Shown here in pieces: positions 58,049-64,000 of a stretch of DNA of 64,000 nt. Location: assembly GCA_964016885.1 (NCBI GenBank), contig OZ024755.1, forward strand, positions 17,546,001 through 17,610,000, in the 5' to 3' direction. The translations under genes were made by a program, and so were the position numbers. The notes beneath the pieces are model-generated. The model saw only the letters and a list, made by a program, of their open reading frames with translations. It was not told the DNA's origin and did no database searches. Numbering within the stretch: the first letter of the stretch is position 1; the number at the start of each line of letters is the position of its first letter. This DNA is from Eledone cirrhosa. Taxonomy: Eukaryota.

Positions 58049-58669
58049 TTAACCCTTTAGCATCTAAACCAGCCATAACTGGCCAAAATTCCCTCCCCTC
58101 TTTCTGTTCAAACCAGATGTAACTAGCTACTCATATTGATGTTAAGGTATTGTTCTCAAAATAAATAATATCAAAATCTCATAATTATATGAGATAAAGC
58201 CTTTACAACTAAAATATTATGATTTCTAGTATAGGCACAAGGCCAGTAATTTGGGGGGAGGGGAAAGTTGATTAAATCGACCCCAGTACGTTACTGGTGC
58301 ATTATTTTATCGACCCCGTAAGGATGAAAGTTAACCTCGGCGGGATTTGAACTCAGACCATAAAGGGCCGTAACTCTATGCTGCAAAGCATGGTATCTGA
58401 CTCTCTACTGATACTGCCAAAAATATAATAGCATATATAGAATAATTGTTTCTACTTTAGGCACAAGGCCAGCAATTACCCAGTGTATTACTGGTACTTT
58501 ATTTTATCGACCCCGTAAGGATGAAAGGCAAAGTCAACCTCGGCGGGATTTGAACTCAGATCGTAAAAAGACGTAACTATGCTGGAAAGCATGGCATCCG
58601 ACCCTCTACCGATACTGCCAATCCACCGCCCTTAGCATATATAGAATAATATAAATGCTAAAGGGTTAA
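58049..58669. mobile_element. piggyBac-like MITE with two nested SINEs
   Basis: TIRs at both ends; SINEs at 58218-58420 and 58441-58631 inside. Confidence 0.75.
58441..58631 (-). mobile_element. SINE family 1 with 18-bp target-site duplication
   Basis: tagcatatatagaataat at 58429-58446 and 58633-58650. Confidence 0.9.
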
Positions 58670-59011
58670 TCTTTTCGTGACACAAAGCCCAATTTATGAG
58701 TACTACACTGGCATTAGATTTGTCACTTCTTGGAAGAAGTAAAAGGACATTTTGCCCTCAGACGGATTTGAACTTGGAATGTGAAGTGTGGAACGAAAAT
58801 AACTCAAAGAATTTTGTTTGTAACTCTTCCAGTTCTGTTAATCTTGCCATGACACAAGCGTCATTTATGGAGAGAAGGGGGAATGGTTGATTTATTTGAC
58901 ATTTCTATATCTCTAATATTTATTTTATCGATCTTAGCAGCATTTAAAATTAAAACAGTGAGATATATGAAACTGATTGCCAGAAACAAAGATCCTACTA
59001 TCTAGGCCATA

Positions 59012-59270
59012 TTGATGATGATGATGTTGTTGTTGTTGATGATGATGGTGATGGTGATGGTGATGGTGATGGTAGTGGTGGTGATGATGACGAGGATGGT
59101 GATGATGTCAATAAGGCATGATGGTGATGGTGATGGTGGTGGTAATGGTGGTGTCAATGATGATGATGATGATGAGGATGATGAATATGATGATCATCAT
59201 GATAATGAAGATGATGATGGTGGCGGCAGTGGTGACGACGACGGCGGTGGTGGTGGTGGTGGTGGTGGTG
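59012..59270. repeat. (GAT/GGT)n tract
   Basis: Direct reading. Confidence 0.85.
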
Positions 59271-60544
59271 CTTTTTAATTTAAGAACAACCTTGGCAGTT
59301 TTGGTAAGATGGAAAGTTAATTATATTGACCGCAGTACTTCAACGGTACTTTATTTTATCGATCCCCCCCACCACCACCACCACCACCACCACCACCACC
59401 ACCACCACCCCGATACACGCCACCACACACCCACACCCCTGAGAAGGATGAAAGGCGAAGTTGACCTCAGTGGTGTTTGAACACACGATGTAACGAGCCA
59501 GAAGAAAAACCATAAAGAACTTTCCAAGTGTTCTAATGATGTTGCTAATTTGCTGCCTTTGTGGTTTCTAGTTTAGGTACATGACTGGTAAGTTTTTGGT
59601 TGAGGGGGTAGGGGGAGGGGGGGTAGAAAGTGTTGAGAGAAATATTGTAATTCTGAGTGTCTTCTTCTTCTTCTTCTGCTTCGCCCACTTATTCCTGAGA
59701 GGATTGTGGGTTCGGAGTCCTCAAACACTTCTTCCAGCGGGTCCTGTCAGAAGCAGCCATCTCCAACTGATCCAGCTAGATCCCCAAGCAAGACCAGCCA
59801 AGCTCATGGATGTTATCCAACCATCTTGCTCAGGGTTTTCCCCTGGGTCTCCTGCCAGTTGGTTTGGTTTGTAATACTGTAATACTGTATGTAAAAAACC
59901 ATAGTGGTATTTATAGATCCTAGTATCAATACTATGTGGACACAGCTTGATCCCATATTTAAGAAGTTTGCTTCACTATCATAAGGGTTTGTGTAAAATT
60001 GTTACAAGGCCAGCAATTTATAGGAAATTCGATTGTTTGATTATATCATCCCCATTATTTAACTAGTATTTTATTTGTATTTTATTTTACTGACCTCCAG
60101 GTAGATGAAGTGGGGGTGCATTGCCTTCATTACCTAGTGGAAAGGGTGTTGAAATTATGATCATAATGACATAGGTTCAATTTCTGGTCTGGGTTGTGTG
60201 TTGGGTTCTTGAGCAAAACACTTCATTTCACATTGCTCCAGTACACCCAGCTAAAAATGTGTACCAGTAATAGCTGGGGGTTTTAACCCTGCGATGGACT
60301 AACGTCTTGTACTCTCAGCTAAGTCAATCTTAGTGGGATTTAATGCAGAATGTAAAAGGTTATAACCTGGAAAGGGATGGGCTCCACCCAGTTTAAAATG
60401 CCTAAGATATGCCATATGTGTGAGAATGATGCTCACACAACCCCCTCAGGATTTAAGAGCCCTTTACTTTACAAATGGATGTAACTAAGTAGCTGAAGAC
60501 ATTCTGCCTGCTGCCCTAAGAGTTCCAATAATGGTAATAGTATT

Positions 60545-60980
60545 AACAATAGTTTCTAGTTTAGGCACAAGGCCAACAAATTTAGAGGAAGTAGAAAGTT
60601 GATTATACCAACCCCCATTTGACTGGTAGTTTCTTTTATCTATGCCAGAAGGATGTTAGGACAAGTTGACCTCAGCCAGATTTGAACTCAGAACAGAAAA
60701 TCTTAACTAAATATTGCAAAGCATTTCTGTGTGATGCTCTACTGATACTGCCAATCCACTGCCCTCTTTTAAGCACATGGCCAGGAATTTGGTGAAGAAA
60801 CACTAGACTGGTTGATTAAATCAACCCCTGTGCTTGACTGATATTTTATTTTATCGACTCCAGATGGATGAAAGGCAAAGTTGACCTCAGCAGGATTTGA
60901 ACTCAAAATGTAATGGACCATGGATCAATACAGCAAGGCCTTTTATCTGATGCCGAAATACTTCTCCAAATCCACCAACC
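60545..60980 (-). mobile_element. Two older SINE family 1 copies
   Basis: Diverged cores aaagttgacctcag...gatttgaactca. Confidence 0.7.
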
Positions 60981-61020
60981 TGAATAAAGGTAATAATATT
61001 AACAATAATCTCAACAATCT

Positions 61021-61277
61021 TTAACCCTTTCATTACCATATTTCTAATGAAAGATACTGTTTATGGTTTTCAAATAATTTTGAAAATAATCAATAATTTG
61101 GAGAGGGTTTTGTTAAATATGATTTTATCTTTCCCATTATTTATTTGGTGATTGAACCATAACATATCAAAGGTTCTTATATAAAATTATGTTAGAAGCT
61201 TTTTAGATAAATATAAACACTTTAAAACAAACAGTTTTATATCATATACAGGAATGGTTTGGTAGCAAAGAAGTTAA
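61021..61277. mobile_element. Second TTAA-flanked MITE family
   Basis: ttaaccctttcattacca ... tggtagcaaagaagttaa. Confidence 0.5.
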
Positions 61278-61799
61278 TATAGTGACAAACTCTTAGATTT
61301 ATATCACAGAATCAAAATATAATTTATGATGCAAACAGTTTAGTGGGGTTTTTTTCCCCAAAGCAATAACAACCTTTAAAACAAGACATTTAAACAATAC
61401 ATTTCTTATCTAATACAAATATCATTTGAAAATAAATAACAAAAAATTTCTGTATTCTAGTTATGTTTTTTTATAACTTTGTAAGTTAATATTCATCTCT
61501 AGTAATGTAATAATTCAACCATAACAGGATTATTATATAATTTTCTTTAATAAAGCTAAAAATTATTAATTGTTCTTGAGAGAAAAATATTTTAAAAGCA
61601 ATTAATTATATTTCTTAAACAATATAATTTTCTATATTAACATTCTTTTTTTTTTTTTTTAATATCGTCTGAACATATTCTTTGCTGTTTAACATATGCT
61701 GAGCTCTTCTTTAAATTCTGGTTGTATAATTGGCAGAACATGTATATTAGAAAAGTCGTTAGAGTGTAGGACAAAATGGTGGTGGCTGTGGTGTTGGTA

Positions 61800-61832
<33 letters not shown>

Positions 61833-62064
61833 CTGGAAGCAGCAGTAGTAGTTGTTGTAGTGGTGGCTGTGGTATTAGTGGCGCTAGTAGAAGTAGTAGC
61901 AGTAGTGGTGATGGTAATAGTAGTTATTGTTGATGTTGTATAGTCATGGGTCAGCCCCATAAAGCAGATCCATGATGAAAGGGATTTCAGACCTGAGCAA
62001 ACCATCTATTTCTTTACAGACATAATATATCTGGGACTTCATTATCAAATGGGTCCTTCCTTTT

Positions 62065-62348
62065 TTAGATGTGATATCATGTGGCTTTTGCTGCAGTTTC
62101 TAGCAGATCAAGTGACTCACTGACTCTTTAGCATTTACATTACTCTATATTTACTATTGTATTTTCATGGTAAAGGCTTTATTTCACATAATTATCTCAC
62201 ATAATATCGAATCTATGAGATTTTGTTATTATTTATTTTGAGAATAAGAACTTAACATCAGTATGAGCAGCTGGTTACTGCCAGTTTCAACAGAAAGAGG
62301 TGAGAGAACTCTGACCGGATATGGCTGGTTTAAATGCTAAATGGTTAA
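62065..62348. mobile_element. piggyBac-like MITE copy (element proper from about 62123)
   Basis: ctctttagcatttac ... taaatgctaaatggttaa; internal sequence homologous to the 38161 copy. Confidence 0.65.
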
Positions 62349-62454
62349 GCTTAATTTTAGGGTTACAGTTAAGCTAAAGTTTCCAGTTCACCATTCTTTT
62401 TGTTTACTGAAAGCACATGACCATAGTATGTCAATGTGATAATCTTATTAAAAA

Positions 62455-63172
62455 TGGTTTCTGATTTAGGCACGAGGCCAACAATTTTGATGGAGGGGAT
62501 AGTTGATGAAATCGATGCCCAGTGCATTACTGGTACTTTGTTTTATCGACCCTGTAAGGATAAAAGGCAAAGCTAACCTCAGCGGGATTTGAACTCAGAA
62601 CGTAAAAAGTCGTAATTATAAGCTGCAAAGCATCTTGCCCAATATTGTCAATCCACTGCACTTCTAATAATGGTTATTGATTTAGGCACAAGGCCAGGAA
62701 TTTGGGGGGGGGGGGGGGGGGTCAGTAAAATCAACTCCCATGTTTGTCTGGTACTTTATTTTATCGACACCGCAAAGATGAAAGGCAAAGCTAACCTCAG
62801 GGCAGGATTTGAACTCAGATCATTTTACTGCTACAGGTAAAATTCCTTTATAACAAATACCATTATAACGAATTTTCCAGTGTAACAACATTTTTTCAAT
62901 CCCTGACCACATGCTCGATGTGTTAGGTTGATCTTGTTAGAACAAATTTTTTTTTATACCCCGTGAATTTCGTTATAATGGAATTTTACTGTAATAATTG
63001 TTTCTACTTTAGGCACAAGGCCAACAATTATCCAGTGCATTACTGGTACTTTATTTTATCGACCCCGTAAGGATGAAAGGCAAAGTTAACCTCGGCTGGA
63101 TTTGAACTCAGACTGTAAAGGGACGTAACTATGCTAGAAAGAATGGCGTCCGACCGTCTACCGATACTGCCA
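62455..63172 (-). mobile_element. Three SINE family 1 copies (a MITE lies between two of them)
   Basis: Family 1 core three times. Confidence 0.78.
62832..62993. mobile_element. Tigger/pogo-like MITE copy
   Basis: tacaggtaaaattcc ... ggaattttactgta. Confidence 0.6.
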
Positions 63173-64000
63173 ATAATAATATTAGACCAGTGAACACAGT
63201 GCCTTGTGGTATCTCTTTTAACCTCTTGTGTTCTGTTCTCTTCTGAGTTCAAAAACAGCATCATTAGAGCCAAGTTATATCAGCTCTTGTCTTGTCCTTG
63301 AGCAATGTTGGTGGTATGGAATGGTGTGGTCAATTGTAGAGACTTGCATGCTTGAGCCACTACTGGTCTGCCACAAAAAGAAAAAAAAAAACCTTCCATC
63401 CCCATCTCCCCAATCCTACGCATCCCACGCAGTAGCGTGCAGAGGGGTTGGCAACAGTGTGTTGGCCCCGGGCATCCTTTAGATAGAAGCATCATTTGGG
63501 GAAAAGAACTTTATAAATTTCATTGATTTATATTAAAATCAAATAAAGCATTTATTTCATGTTTCATCTGTGTTTATATATTCCAAATATTTTCCTTTCT
63601 CATAATATTTCTCAGTCTATTAGGCCTTATACTTGAGTCTTTGGGGCATACAATCAAGATTTGCCCCTGCCCCTGACATCACCAAAGCTCTGCATGCCAC
63701 TGATCCCACACTACCCCATCCAGCATGGATCTTGAACAGAAACATTCCCTGCATGGCTCCATACTCTCACGAGGTGTAGAAAAGCCCTAGAATAATAGAA
63801 ATGATTAATATAGTAATATAGCTTATGACCTGGCATTTATTATGTCCAATGATTTACTATTAAGTATCCCACTTTATAGTTTATATAGAAAACATAGATT
63901 AACATAGCAAGCCGTTATCATGCTTCTAATAATAATGTGATATATATATATATATATATGGATATATATGTGTATATATATATATATAAATATATATGTA

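Noticed and set aside
61940-62070. Possible minus-strand terminal exon (…DGLLRSEIPFIMDLLYGADP*)
   Set aside because: No polypyrimidine acceptor and no recognisable domain; adjacent to simple repeat and a MITE, probably a repeat relic

Overview
This is very AT-rich eukaryotic DNA. Its repeat content (tRNA-derived SINEs, RTE-clade LINEs with (GAT)n tails, massive (TA)n tracts) is typical of an octopus/coleoid cephalopod genome; the species is inferred. The only clear host coding segment is the terminal exon of a KASH-domain (nesprin/Klarsicht-type) gene at about 36.67-37.33 kb on +. The 36 kb upstream is probably intronic. The rest is SINEs, RTE and CRE LINE fragments, a DD37D (maT) transposase remnant, several MITEs, microsatellites and a SINE-derived 104-bp satellite. 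The most striking signal is about 10 sequence-unrelated families of short, ORF-less elements inserted in (TA)n. Each carries a type I hammerhead ribozyme (CUGANGA...GAAA...NUH, often with a palindromic stem III), or its 3' half, usually as a fold-back. They share a downstream RCTC...GAGY stem-loop, and the inverted copy ends a few nt before that stem-loop. These look like Penelope-like-element termini or non-autonomous retro-ribozyme elements with a conserved, apparently undescribed structural signal. Nearly all six-frame ORFs are microsatellite artefacts.
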